Below are positions 1 to 12,911 of a DNA stretch of 64,000 nucleotides, one piece after another (within the stretch, counting starts at the first letter, position 1; the number at the start of each line of letters is the position of its first letter). Location of the stretch: the NCBI GenBank assembly GCA_963788655.1, contig CAWBHS010000055.1:1-64000 (forward strand), given 5' to 3'. Under the pieces are notes generated by a model. It made no database searches, had not been told where the DNA came from, and worked only from the letters and a program-made list of their open reading frames with translations. The translations under genes were made by a program, and so were the position numbers. The DNA is from an uncultured Verrucomicrobiae bacterium (GTDB taxonomy: Bacteria; Verrucomicrobiota; Verrucomicrobiia; Limisphaerales; JAFGQR01).

Positions 1-3000
1 GCGCGGCCTTGGCGGACGACGGGGCCACGTACACGGTGGATGTCTTCAACGGCTTCGGTCGGGTCACGGCCAATACGTTGCTGGCGGTGGCGGCGGACAC
101 GACCGCGCCCGAACTGCTGTCGGCCGTCGGCGATCCGACCCTCGAACACGTGCGGTTGGCCTTCTCGGAGCGGGTGAACCCGCTGGATGCCACCGATCCG
201 TTCAATTATGAACTGGACAACGGGGTGACGGTGACGGCCGCGACGATGATCGACGATCACACCGTGCTGCTGACCACCCAACCGCAAACCGAGGGCGTGC
301 TCTACACGGTCACGGTGAACGGCCTGCGCGACTTGGCGGACACGCCGAACGAAATTGCGGCGAACAGCCCCGCCACGTTCACCGCGTGGGTGTTCACGCC
401 GGGCTTTGTGTATCGGGAGTTTTACTACGACCTGTCCGGGGCGAACACCTTCGCCACCGTGACCGGCAACGCGAAGTATCCCTATTTTCCCGATGCGACG
501 GATTACGCGAAGCAATACGCGGTCAATCCCAATTTGGGCGACTCGGGCCGCGATAACTACGGGACGCGGATGCGGGGCTTCCTGATCCCGCCGGAGAGCG
601 GCGATTACCTGTTCCAACTGGCGGCGGACGACGCGGGCTCGTTAATCGTCAGTTCGACCGCCAGTGCCGCCGACGGCCAGACCGTGATCTCCGCCGAAGG
701 CGATTGCGGGGCGTGCGGCGGGCCGGTTTCCACCGTGGCGGTGCCGCTGGTGGCGGGCGAACGGTATTACACCGAATCGCTCTTCAAGGAAGGCACGGGC
801 GGGGATTACATTGTGATCCGCTGGGCGCTGCCGAGCAATCCGGGGAACTATGTGGCCATCAGTGGCGCCTACATGGGCGCCATGGCTGATCCGTCCACGG
901 CGGCCAACCTCACCATCACCGAGGAACCGCAAACGCAGGATGTTTATCTGAACCAGATCATCCGGCTGAAGACGGTGGCCAGCAACGACCAGGGCGCGCC
1001 GCAGTCCTACCAATGGCTGGTGGATGGCGTCGTGGTGCCGGGCAACAACACCGATACCCTGCGCTTGACCTACACCGATATGGCGTTGGACGGCACGGCG
1101 GTGACGGTGCAATGCCGGGTGTCGGTGCCGGGCCGGATCGTCGAAACCACGCCGGCGGTGCTGAACCTTAACATTGACGACGTGCCGCCGGTGGCGGTGG
1201 CGGCCAGTGGCGGCTCGAACTTCGATACGTTCACGATCGAATTTGACGGCTTGATGAACGAGGACACGACGACCGATGCATTCAACTACGACATCAGCGA
1301 CGGGGTGAACCCGCCGTTGATCGTGACCGGCGGCGCGTTGAATGCGGACCAGAACATCGTAACCTTGACGCTGGACCCGAGCACGCCGCTGTTGGATTTC
1401 ACCACCTACACGGTGACGATCCGCGACGTGTTGGACGCCGGGCTGAACACCATCACGCCCAATCCGGCCACGATCCAGTTCACCTCGCCGGCGCTGTTGG
1501 GCAGCATTCCGTTCGTGCTGGAAGAATATCCCGATGGCGCCTCGACCGACGTGAACTTCCTGCTGGCTTACCCGGGTTTCCCGGACAGTCCGGACGTGGT
1601 GACGCCGTTGACTTCGTTTGACACGACGGTGCCCTTCGGCACGACGGATCACCGGGACAATTACGGTGGGCGGGTGCAAGGCTATTTCGTGCCGCCGACC
1701 ACCGGCAATTACGACTTCTACATGAATAACGACGACGGCGCGTTCCTGTATATCAACCCCAACGGCATTGATCCGGCGGGCAAGGTGAAGATTGCCGAAT
1801 TGAACCCGGCGTGCTGCCAGGCCTGGCCGGCGATCAATTCGCTGGGGGTGTATCCCGACGGCATTCCGCTGGAGGCCGGCAAGCCCTACTACCTCGAAGG
1901 CCTGTACCAGGAAGCGGGCGGCGGTGACTTGATTCAAGTGGCGACGCGGTTGCACGGCGATGCGAGTGTGCTGGCCGCCATTCCGGCGTCGCAGATGGCG
2001 CCCAGCCCGGTGCCGCCGGGACAATTCGGGGTCGTGACCCTCACCGAGCAACCCCAAAGCCAGAGCGTGGTGGCCTACCACCAGGCCTGCTTCAGTGTGG
2101 CCGGCACCTCCGAGATCGGTGGCATCGCGGCCTACCGGTGGTTGAAGAACGGCATGGAAATCCCCGGCGCGACCGGGCCGACCCTGTGCGCCTTCTTCGA
2201 TCCGGCGGACAATGGGGCCGCGATTCAAGCCGAAGTGGCCATTCCGGGTTACATCGCCCGCAGCGACGTGGCGACGGTGACGGTCGAAGACGACACCGTA
2301 CCGCCAGTGGCGGTGGCGGCTACAGGGAACCTCACCTTTGACCAAGTGATCATCACGTTCAATGAGCGGATGGATAATGGTACGGCCACCGATCCGTTCG
2401 ACTACGAGATCAGCGGTGGGGGTGACGTGCTCTTTGTGGTTGCGGTCGAACTGAGCGCGGACGAGACCACGGTAACCTTGACCCTGGACCCGACGACCTT
2501 GCAGCGGGAGAACACCGACTACACGGTGTTGTTCCTGGGGGTGACGGACCTGGCCGGCAACGCGATACCGGACGACACGACGATCGCCTTCCACTCCTAC
2601 GTGACCTACGAGTGCGCGGGAGTGCTCTGGGAGGCTACGACACCGGCGGGGGCACCGCAGTGTACGACTGACCGACAACGCGAACTTCCCGGACAACCCG
2701 GACGAAGTGCGGCTGCTCAACTCCTTTGACACGCGGGCCGAACTGGGGACCGACAACTACCGGGACAACTACGGGGCGCGGCTGAGCGGCCTGTTTGTGC
2801 CCTCGGTCACCGGTAACTATGACTTCTACAGCCACAGCGACGACTCCTCGCAACTGTTCCTGAACCCCAACGGGATTGATCCGGCGGGACGGGTGGAGAT
2901 TGCCGCAGAAGACGCCTGCTGCAACGACTGGCCGATCATCAATTCGCTGGGCCGTCTTCCCGCAGGGCATTCCACTGGTCAAGCGGGCCAGGCCTATTAC

Positions 3001-6000
3001 CTTGAGGGCCTGTATAAAGAAGGCGGCGGGGGCGACTACATCCGCGTGGCGGCGCGCCTTGACGGCAGGATGCCACCCGCCGGTCCGGCCATTCGACTCC
3101 AAAACCTGGGCCAGTCAGCGGCGCAAGGCACCGCGGGCGAAGTGACGATCACCCAGGACCCCGTGGGCCAGATTGTGGAAGAGAACCACGAAGCCTGCTT
3201 CTCGGTGGCGGGGGAAAACACCTACGGGTTGCCGCAGTGCTACCAATGGTACAAGGACGGCGTGGCCATCCCCGGCGCGACCGAGCCGACCTACTGCGCG
3301 CTGGTGACCGCGGCGGACAACGGCGCCATGTTCAGCGCGGACGTGGGGATTGTGGGTTACAAAGCCCGGAGCGCCGCCGCGGTGGCGGCGGTGATTCCGG
3401 ACGTGACGGAACCGTCGGTGGTATCAGTCAAACCGACGCGCAACCTCAACCAGATAGTGCTGCACTTTGACGAGCGGATCGATGCCGGGATCGCGACCGA
3501 CGCGTTCAACTACGACATCACGCCGCCCTACAACATCGCCAGCATCGACGTGAGCGCCGATGAAAAGACGGTGACCATCAACCTGAACCAAATCATCCAG
3601 CCGGACGAGACGGCGTGCCTCACGCTGCTGTTCCTGACCGACATCGCGGGCAACGTGGCGCCGGAGACGACCGAATGCGTCAGTTCGAGCTTCTATGACT
3701 GCTTCGTGAAGCAGGAATGGTATTACAACATTGGCGGCGTGACGATTGCGGACCTGACGGGCAACGCGAACTATCCGGACCATCCGGACCGGGTGAACTA
3801 CCTGCCCGCGATCAGCGCGCCGCAAAGCAATCCGGACCTGAGCAACTTCGGCACGCGGCTCTCGGGCTGGTTGAAGCCCCCGGTGACCGGCAACTACACC
3901 TTCGCGACCTACTCGGACGATGCCTCCCAAGTGTGGGTAAGCACCGACGTCGATCCGGCGAACAAGCAACTGGTGGTCGAAGAAACCGCCTGCTGCAACG
4001 CCTGGCCGGCCATCAACTCCACCACCTTGTTCCCGGGCGGAGTGCCGCTGGAAGCGGGCAAACTGTATTACTTCGAAGCGCTGATGAAAGAAGGCGGCGG
4101 CGGCGACTATGTCCACGTGACGTGGTCCATTCCGCCGGACACGCGCATCTTTGCCAGCACCGCGGGGCAGCAGCCCATCAGCGCCAAATATGTGGTGCAA
4201 TTGAGCGAAGACCTGGGCACCAGCCTGAATATCACCCAGCAACCGCAGGATCAAACGTTCATCATCTTACCTCCGGACGACAGTGGTGACGTAACCTTCA
4301 ACGTGGCCGCCGAAGGCAGCGGGGTGGACGCGGCGGTGTCCTATCAATGGCAGCGCAACGACGGCGCGGGCTGGCAGGACATCCTGGGAGCCACGGGCAG
4401 TTCCTACGGCTTCGTGCCCTTCCGCACGGACGATGGCGCGCAATTCCGCGCGGCCCTCTGCTATCCGAATATCAAAGCCTATTCGGACGCCGCCACGTTG
4501 ACGGTGGTGCAGCCCAATTCGGCACCGATGTTTGTTGGCGGCCCGGAACAGGAAGTCTTTGAAAACAGCGGCCCTGTGACGGTGGTAGGTTGGGCCAGCG
4601 GAATTGCAGTTGATGGCTTTGGGGTGCCACCAGTGCCGGCGACGATTGTGTATGGCTCGGACTTCAGCAGCCAGCCGGAAGGCTCGACGTTGTTTGCGAA
4701 CGCGGAGATTGCCGACGGGGTGCTCAAACTGGTGCATAATGTCAACGGTGAAAATGGCAGCTTCTACAGCCCGGTGCTGGATGTGCCGGTGCAAAGCTAC
4801 GAGGTCTCGTTCAAGCTGTTAATTGGCGGCGGGACCGAACCGCCGGCCGACGGGTTCAGCGTGAACATGGCGAACGACTTGCCGAATCCTCCGACGGCCA
4901 ACGAAGACGGGATGGGCACAGGGCTGACCGTATCGTTCGACATCTATAACAACGGGGGACAGGCAGCGCCGCAGGAAGCGCCGGCCATTGACCTGAAATG
5001 GCAAGGCCAGCTCTTGAAGGGCTTCCTGGCACAAGTTGCCCAATCGACCAATATGGACCTCGACGTGTTCAAGGACGTCACCGTAAGCGTGACTGCCGAT
5101 GGATTGGCCACCTTGAGCTACGACGGCACCAACGTGTTCGAGAATGTGCCGATTCCCGGTTACCGGTGGCAGAGCGGCCTGCAACTGGGCATGGGCGCCC
5201 GCACGGGTGGCTTGAATGCGAACCAATGGGTGGATGACCTGATGATCACTGCCATCCCCTACGACCCGGCAGCACTGGAACGCGGTCAGACCGCGCAGTT
5301 CCTGGTCAGCAATGACAATCCGGATCTGTTCGCCGAACAGCCAGCCCTCAGCCCGGATGGCACCCTGACTTATACGCCCGCGGCGAACCGTTTCGGCACG
5401 AGCATCGTGACGGTTGTGTTGATGGATAACGGCGGCACGGATCAGGGCGGCATCGACCGCACCGCACCATTGGAGTTCCCGATCACTGTCATTGCCTCGC
5501 CGATGATCCCGCCGGGAGGCATTTCGGAAGTGGACACCACCAGCCCACGGGTTCGCCAAACGGGACTGTTTTATCAGAGCGTGACCATCAGCAATCCCAC
5601 GCCGGCAGCCTACGATGCGCTACGGTTGTACGTCATGCTGCCGGAGGATCAGCAGTCGGTGGTGAAAGTGTGGAATGCAACGGGCACGAACGAAGGCGTC
5701 CCATATATCCAATTCAACAATCCGCTTGCCGCCGGTGCGTCCATCGACCTCGAGGTGGAATTCTATGTGGCGGATCGCCGCACGTTGCCGGCGCCCACCT
5801 ACCGGGTGGAATCCGTGGAACAGGATACCGGCGAGCCGCCGGTCGGCACCCAGTTGGAAATCCTCCGCCAGAAATCCCTTGGCAATGGCTCGTTCTTAGT
5901 GGAGTTCAACACGCTGTCCAACCGGACCTACTTCGTTCAATACCAAGACAACCTTGACGGCGACTGGAAGACCGCGCAGCCGGCCATCATCGGCAATGGT

Positions 6001-6093
6001 TCGCGGATTCAGTGGATCGACAGTGGGCCGCCCAAGACAGACAGCCGGTCAGAAATGCGGATCTATCGAATTGTGTTAATGCCCCAAGACTAA
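1..6093 (+). CDS. Giant repeat-built surface protein: tandem [Ig-like / SbsA-type Ig-like / PA14] modules, then a lectin(LamG)-like domain, a cadherin-like domain and a C-terminal domain. 5' end lies outside the window; split by indels near 2635-2670
   Basis: ORFs 9..2729 and 2707..6093 share the same repeats. Four PA14-like units (NYG.R..G...PP.TG.Y.F...DD ... EG.GGD), Ig units (ITQQP...YQW) and D..PP..V.A linkers. The sequence at 2630-2710 reads through as EAYDTGGGTAVYDLTDNANFPDNPDEV if two single bases are restored. Confidence 0.85.
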
Positions 6094-6101
6094 ACAACAC
6101 C

Positions 6102-7160
6102 ATGAAAAGACATCTCTTTGCGTCCATTCTAATTGTGGCTTCGGTGGCCGGCGGCAGTGTGGCCACGGCTCAGACGGAAGCGCCCGCCAACTCTTACCGC
6201 AATCGTTTCGGCCTCAGCTACCGCATGGGCTTCAACATTTCGGGCAAGTTTGAAAACCTCGGCGGCATTCCCGCGCGGGCCATCGCTGATGCCCGATGGC
6301 AGTCGCGAGTACTGATGATGGGTACGTCCGTATTGATAGTACCGGCAATCTGCCCTTGCCCGGCACCACCGTTGGCGGTGACACCACGTATTGGGGCTAC
6401 CGCAATGCCAATCAGGTTACGGTGGGAAACCAAGCCGTGATCATGCATCGGTATTCCGCGCCGGCGGATGGCACCACGCCCAGCATCTCCGATGACCCAC
6501 AGCACGGTTTGGAACTGACGTACAACCGCATCCTGGGAACCTCCGGGGAGGTCTTCTGGGGGGTGGAAGCGGCTTTCGGCTACACCGGCCTAAAGATGAA
6601 GGACAGCAGTACGTTATTGGGCATGGGGACGAGCTTCGCGGATTCCTTCAATTTGGGAGGCGCGGTTCCACCCTTGCCGCCCGTACGATGGACCTTTCAA
6701 TGCCCAACCCGGTTCTTCGCTGCTGGGCGACACACCCACGCCAAAGGAGCCGAAGCCAGTTTCGACGCGAACAACGGGGTACCGGCGTTTCGACGCGGAC
6801 GTTTACGGCGCGCGTTTGGGACCGTTCATTCAAGTTCCGTTCGGTCGGCGCTTCGGAGCCATCCTGGGTGGCGGGCTGGCGATTGTGTCCGTGAACAGCG
6901 ACTTTCGCTATGAAGACACGGTGCAGGTCGCGGGTGGTCCGTCTTTCACGAGCACCGGCTCCGGATCGCACAGCGACGTGCTGGTGGGCGGCTATTTTGG
7001 TGGCAACGTCTATTATAACTTCACTCCGGCAGCGAATGTCTTTCTCGGTTATCAATACCAGAATGTCGGCACCTACGAGCACACCGTGGCCGGCAAGAAA
7101 GCTTCCATCGGCTTGGACAGTTCGGTGTTCCTGACGCTGGGGGTTGGCTACTCGTTCTGA
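6102..7160 (+). CDS. Probable outer-membrane beta-barrel protein (frameshifted in this assembly)
   Basis: Signal peptide MKRHLFASILIVASVAGGSVATA. Three overlapping ORF pieces (6012, 6296, 6816) show alternating aromatic/Gly beta-strands. C-terminus LTLGVGYSF ends in Phe, the typical BAM beta-signal. Confidence 0.75.
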
Positions 7161-7262
7161 TTGGATAGCGACGCGCTGAACGTGCAGCGACATTCTTCCT
7201 AAATCTCGACGGAGCGTGGCAGAGATTGGCGACGAACATCGATGCCACGCTTCACTCTGAAA

Positions 7263-7338
7263 CGTAGCGGCGGCTGGTTAGAGCGCCGCTAATTCTTTTG
7301 CCCAAGAGCGTCAGCAGCGTTGCCGAGGCTCCACTACG
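7263..7338. repeat. Degenerate REP-like inverted doublet (CGTAG...CTACG ends) between convergent genes
   Basis: cgtagcggcggctggttagagcgccgct ... agcagcgttgccgaggctccactacg; imperfect inverted arms. Confidence 0.4.
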
Positions 7339-7412
7339 CCACGAATCTTGAACGCCGAACGCCGGGATCCAAGAAATGAAGGCCGTGTTACGGATGCGCC
7401 ACCGCGCGATGG

Positions 7413-8903
7413 CTAGCCGCAGGCGTTATTCGGGCCGGGCAGAGTGACCAGGAACGAAGTCTGTTTGTCGTCGCTGCTTTCAAGAATCATTTCACCCCCG
7501 TGGCTGCGGACGATTTCGCGCGCGAGGCTGAGGCCAAGGCCGACGCCTTCCACCCGGTCATTGCGGGACGGATCGCCGCGATAGAACCGTTCGAAAACCC
7601 GGTCGCGGTCAGTGGCGGGAATGCCGGGCCCGGTATTGGCCACCCGTACGAAGATACTGTCGGTTACTGTGGCCAGTTCGAAGCGGATGCGACCGTCTGG
7701 TCGATTGTATTTGATCGCGTTGCTGGCCAGGTTTTGCAGGGATTGCTCCAGCAAATCGGCATCGGCATTGATTTGCACGTCGGGTGCAAGGTCATGTTCC
7801 ACCTTCAAGTTTGGTGCCTGGGCTTGACAGTCTTCAATGACGTTCTCCAGCAAGCGAGTCAAGTTGACCGGCACGCGTTTGAGCTGTAGTTGGCCGGCAT
7901 CCGCCAGCGAGAGGAGCAGGAGTTTTTGGACGATGGCATTGAGGCGATGGATTTCATCCAGCAGGCTGCTGTAAACCTCCTGCTGCGCGGAACTGGAGGG
8001 CGCGCTTTCGAGGGCCTGCTCCAATTCGACTTGCAGGCGAGCCAGCGGCGTTTTGAGTTCGTGGGAGGCATCCGCACTGAACCGCATGGCTTGACTGAAA
8101 CTGGATTGCAGGCGGTCCATCATTTCGTTGAACACGGTGATGAGACGGTTGAACTCCAGGTCACGGGGCATTGCCGGAATACGTTGGTCAAGCCCGCGGG
8201 CGGTGACACGCTCGGCCGTTCGGGTAAGAACTGTAACGGGACGCAAGGCGCGCTGGGCCAGGAACCAGGCGCTGAGTCCTGCCAGCAGTAGCGCTACCGG
8301 CAAGGCAAGCAGGCAAACGCGGCGCAGGTGCAACATGTCGGCATTGAACTGGCCGATGTCCTTGCCCAGCACCAAGGTTTGGTGGGCGTTGCCCATGATG
8401 CCGAAGCGCCACGCCTGTCCATTCACAATTCGTGTCTCAAAGTGTGGTGCTTTCTGCGCCAACGGTGGCTGGCCCAGGAGGGGCGGACGATCAAGCGGTG
8501 GAGGTGGCCATTGGGGTGGTGGGGCAGGGGAGGTATTCGAGGTTCGGTGGTGAGTTACGAGCGGCCCGGTCAATTGGGGGAAGGAATTCACCGCCAAGTT
8601 GGTGGGCCAGGGTTGCGAGACATAAACCACCTGGCTTTGCTGGTCCCGCACCAGGATCAGAAACGAACGTGGCGGATCTTCACCTGAGATGAAGGACAGC
8701 GCGCCTTCAAACCGCTGATAATGGGTGGGACCATGTTCGCGATTGAGGTTGCCTTGGCCGAGGTTCAGGATTTCCCGGTCGAGGCGATCAAGATTAAATC
8801 GGTAGGTGATGCGCCACAAGGCCACGCCCGATCCGATCAGCAGCAGGCCGGTAATCAGCCCGGACAGCAGCGCAATTTTCAGACGAAAGGAGCTCAGTTT
8901 CAC
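7413..8903 (-). CDS. Membrane sensor histidine kinase (HAMP-HisKA-HATPase, CusS/CzcS-like)
   Basis: Two TM segments, H-box ADASHELKTPL, N-box NLASNAIKY, G-boxes NTGPGI and GVGLGLSL. Confidence 0.93.
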   Translation of the reverse strand: MKLSSFRLKIALLSGLITGLLLIGSGVALWRITYRFNLDRLDREILNLGQGNLNREHGPTHYQRFEGALSFISGEDPPRSFLILVRDQQSQVVYVSQPWPTNLAVNSFPQLTGPLVTHHRTSNTSPAPPPQWPPPPLDRPPLLGQPPLAQKAPHFETRIVNGQAWRFGIMGNAHQTLVLGKDIGQFNADMLHLRRVCLLALPVALLLAGLSAWFLAQRALRPVTVLTRTAERVTARGLDQRIPAMPRDLEFNRLITVFNEMMDRLQSSFSQAMRFSADASHELKTPLARLQVELEQALESAPSSSAQQEVYSSLLDEIHRLNAIVQKLLLLSLADAGQLQLKRVPVNLTRLLENVIEDCQAQAPNLKVEHDLAPDVQINADADLLEQSLQNLASNAIKYNRPDGRIRFELATVTDSIFVRVANTGPGIPATDRDRVFERFYRGDPSRNDRVEGVGLGLSLAREIVRSHGGEMILESSDDKQTSFLVTLPGPNNACG

Positions 8904-9584
8904 TGGTGGCGCTTGTCCTCCGAAATCCGATAACCAACACCGCGTACCGTTTCGATAAGCGGCGGTTCGGCCTCGTGGCTCAATTTCTTGCGCAGGCGTT
9001 GCACATAGACATCCACCAGGTTGGTGCCGGGATCAAAATGATAATTCCAAACGTGTTCGCAAATTTGCGCGCGTGTGAAGGTGCGTCCCGGCGAGCGCAT
9101 CAGGTAGGTCAACAGCGCAAACTCACGTGCCGTCAAATCGACCACTTCGTTGCCGAATTTCACTTCGCGGGTCATGAGGTTTACGGTTACCTCGCCATGC
9201 TTGAGCACGTTGGTTTGCTGGCCGGCTGGCGCGCCGCAGGAGCGCGTGCAAGCGGGCGACCAGTTCCTCGATGTAAAACGGTTTGGTCAGGTAATCATCG
9301 GCGCCCAGGTTGAGGCCGTCGAGCCGTTCATTGAGTGCGCTTCGAGCCGTAAGCAAAATGACCGGCACCATCGAATGCTGGTCGCGCAAATTGCGAAGGA
9401 TGCTCAAGCCATCGCGACCCGGCAACATGATGTCGAGCACCAGCGCGTCGTAACTGCGGGTGGTCGCCAGCGTATAACCTTCGTCACCGTGGTCGGTGAA
9501 ATCGACAACAAAGCCTCGCGCTTCGAGCCCCTTGCGCAGAAACCCGCCGAGTTTCTTGTCATCTTCAACCACGAGGATTTTCAC
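8900..9584 (-). CDS. OmpR-family response regulator (one extra base near 9224 splits receiver and winged-helix domains)
   Basis: Receiver MKILVVEDD...LDIMLPG...GADDYLTKPF (9123..9584) and DNA-binding LTAREFALL...IETVRGVGY (8900..9208); overlaps the kinase start. Confidence 0.92.
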
Positions 9585-9629
9585 GCGGGCAATTTACCGT
9601 CGAGATTCGCCTGAAGTCGAAAAGAATAA

Positions 9630-9650
9630 GATGACAATGTTTTAATGAAA
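9630..9650. promoter_or_regulatory. Possible CusR/CopR-type regulator box in the divergent promoter
   Basis: gATGACAatgtTTTAATgaaa in an AT-rich gap between the regulator and divergent genes; resembles ATGACA-N4-TGTAAT boxes of this subfamily. Confidence 0.3.
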
Positions 9651-9692
9651 CCTTGCGCAATTATTTAATTTAGGCGGTGCATGTTGGGCCAA

Positions 9693-12600
9693 ATGAAAAC
9701 GCAAACGTCCATGAAAACAAGAATACAGCTTCCGCTCAACCTGACGTGCGGCTTTGGCTTCATTGCGCTTACCCTGTTGACGGCCGGACCAGCCTTTGGC
9801 CAAGGCGGCCAGATCACCGCGGTCAGCCCGAATTCAGCATTCCCCGGCACGTCAGGGTTGACGGTGACATTTACTCTTCCGAACAGCACGCCGCCGACGC
9901 CTCCCGCGGGCATTCTTCCGGACAGTGTGACGATTGGATCCATCTCTGGAACATCGCTTACGCATTCCACCCTCGATACCGTGACGGCGGTGTTCGACAT
10001 TCCCGCCGGTGAGAGCCGAAGGCGCTAAGAATGCGGTGGTCACATTCACCACACCGCAAGGCCAGGTTTCCTTCACCAAAGTTGGCGGCTTCACGGTCGG
10101 CGAGGCTTCGTCCGGTGGCTTCACGAACGGGCCGGCTTCCGCGGGCTACAACCTGTTCAGTCCGATCAACTCGACCAACACCTATCTGATGGATAACGAC
10201 GGCAACATCGTGAAAACGTGGTCGAGCAGCTACACCGCCCGGCCAGTCGGTCTATTTGCTGGACGACGGCTCGTTGATGCGCCCGGCCAACACGGGAAGC
10301 GCAACGTTCAATGCGGGCGGTGCCGCCGGACGCGTTGAACAGTATGATTGGAATGGCAATCTGACCTGGGCTTACGATTACGATACGGCTTCGCACCGCT
10401 CGCATCACGATATCGAAGGGCTGCCGAACGGCAACGTTCTGATGATCGCGTGGGAACTGAAGACGCAGACTGGAGGCGGAGAATGCGGGCCGCAATCCGA
10501 GTCTGCTGACCGACGGCGAACTGTGGCCCGACACGATCATCGAAGTGGCGCCAACCGGCAGCTACGGCGGCACCATCGTCTGGGAATGGCACGCCTGGGA
10601 TCATCTGGTGCAGGACTACAGCCCTACCAACGCCAACTACGGCGTGGTGGCGGACCATCCCGAGTTGATTGACTTGAACTACGTCATGAGCGGGCCGAAC
10701 GGTGGAGGCGCCGACTGGAAGCATTGCAACGCCATTGATTACAACGCGGACTCTCGATCAAATCCTGATCAGCGTCCACAACTTCAGCGAAATCTGGGTG
10801 ATTGATCACAGCACCACCACCGCCGAGGCCGCCAGCCATAGCGGCGGAAACAGTGGCATGGGCGGCGACCTGCTTTATCGCTGGGGCAATCCGGCGGCCT
10901 ACGATTCCGGCAGTTCTGCCGACCAGCAGTTGTTTGTTCAGCATGACGCGCAGTGGATTGGCAACGGCCTGCCCGGCGCGGGAAACATCCTGATCTTCAA
11001 CAACGGGCAGGGGCGTCCCGACGGCGATTATTCGTCCGTGGATGAAATCGTTCCGCCGGTTGCCAGCGACGGCAGCTACACGAATGGATCTGCCGCTCGC
11101 GCCCGTCTGGACTTATACCAACTCCACGCCGACCAACTTCTTTGCCTCGCACATCTCCGGCGCCCAGCGCCTGCCCAACGGCAACACGCTCATTTGCGAT
11201 GGCACCGGGCAGCTATGCCTTCGAGGTGACGAGGGCCGGCGGTTTGGTTTGGGACTACACGGCTTCGGGCAACCTGTTCCGCTTCGAGCGCTACACGCCT
11301 GACTTCGCGGGCTTCGCCAACACCGAACTGGCGTTGCCGACGGTGCCATATGCCGTCGTGGATACCGCCCAGACCACGTTCTACGACAACTCCAGCGAAA
11401 TCAGCGCGCCCGGCACCAACGATGCCTTCTACGGCCAGGACGCCCAGTTGATGGCCACCAGCCTTGCTACGAAATCAGCCCCGACGGCCTGACGGTCTAT
11501 GACTACAACACGCGCCTGACGTGGACGCGGTCGGCGGACCTGAACGGTGACGGAGTGATTGACGTCAATGACAAGCTCACATATGCCGATGCTGGCCGTC
11601 TATGTCGGCTTCCCTCAACGCGGAGAAATTCGCCGGCCACAACGACTGGCGGATTCCATCCATCAAGGAACTCTATTCACTGATGGACTTCCGGCGGCGA
11701 TCCCAGATCCGATGAACGACGACACGTCGATGCTCGTTCCATACATTGACTCCGAGTATTTCAGTTCACCTACGGCGACACCAACGCCGGCGAACGCGTC
11801 ATTGACGCGCAAGTGGCCACGAGCTACGCTCTATGTCGGATCCGACGATGGGCGGCGCGGTGGACGCAATGTCCGGGCGTCAACATTGCCGATGGCCGCA
11901 TCAAGGGCTACCCCGTACGTCGGAAACTGTTCTACGTCGATTACTGCCGCGGCAACACCAGCTACGGCGTCAACGACTTCGTCGACAACGGCGACGGCAC
12001 CATGACCGACCAGCGCCACCGGCCTGATGTGGGCAACAGGGCGACAGCGGCAGCGGCATGGGCTGGGAGCGGCGCTGGCCTACGTCAGGAACTGAACGCC
12101 TCCAATTATCCTCGGCCACAGCGATTGGCGCCTGCCGAACACCAAGGAACTGCAAAGCATTCTCGACTACACCCGCTCACCGGACACCACGCGGTCCGCC
12201 GCCATCGATCCGATCTTCACATGCCACCACCATCACCAACGAAGACGGCGCTCGGACTGGCGCGTGGTATTGGACCGGCACGACCCACGCCGATGGCAGA
12301 GGCAACGGCCATACCGCCGATTATATGGCTTTGGCCGCGCGATGGGATATTCATGGAAAAGTGGGAGGACGTGCACGGCGCGGGCGCGCAACGCAGCGAC
12401 CCCAAGAGCGGCAGCCTGACGGATTACACTTATGTTCCTTACGGCTATTACAATTCCGATCGCACCCCAGGGCGATGCCGTCCGGCTGGTACAACTTCGT
12501 CCGCGTCGTGCGGGACGCACAAATCACGGTGGATACCGACGGCGACGGGCTCTCTGATGCGGACGAGACAGGGCATTTACGGGACGAATCCCAACGATCC

Positions 12601-12892
12601 GGATTCCGACGGCGACGGCATGAACGACGGTGCCGAGATCGTGGCGGGCACCAGTCCTCTATCCGACACGTCCTACCTCTTCATTGGCATTTCGGGAATG
12701 GTCAGCAACACCGTCTCCCTCTACTGGCCCAGCGTGGCGGGATGCACGTATTATCTGGAAGGCACCACCAACCTGTCCTCCGGCACGTGGGAAACCAGCG
12801 GTGTTTACAGCGCCGCTCCGCCGACGAATACGATGAATCTGACCGTTACCAACAGCCCATATTTCTTCCGGCTCCGGGTGGAAAAGAATTGA
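9693..12892 (+). CDS. Secreted multidomain protein: Ig/IPT-like N-terminus, arylsulfotransferase (ASST) beta-propeller, DUF1566 (Lcl-type) domains, Ca-binding DxDxDG repeats and C-terminal domain; heavily frameshifted
   Basis: Fragments show HHDIEGLPNGN, WEWHAWDHL, DWKHCNAIDY, GDLLYRWGNP, QHDAQW, SGAQRLPNGNTLI (ASST), then DNGDGT.TD, DVHGAGAQRSDPK (DUF1566), DSDGDGMNDGAE.VAGT.P and terminal YFFRLRV. Confidence 0.8.
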
Positions 12893-12911
12893 TGCACCGA
12901 AAGGAGTTAAC

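Noticed and set aside
642..2756. Long antisense ORFs (also 26817-28430, 38375-40171, 52112-53626, 58799-59848)
   Set aside because: They shadow well-supported genes on the opposite strand, as expected from GC-rich codon bias, and have no recognisable motifs.
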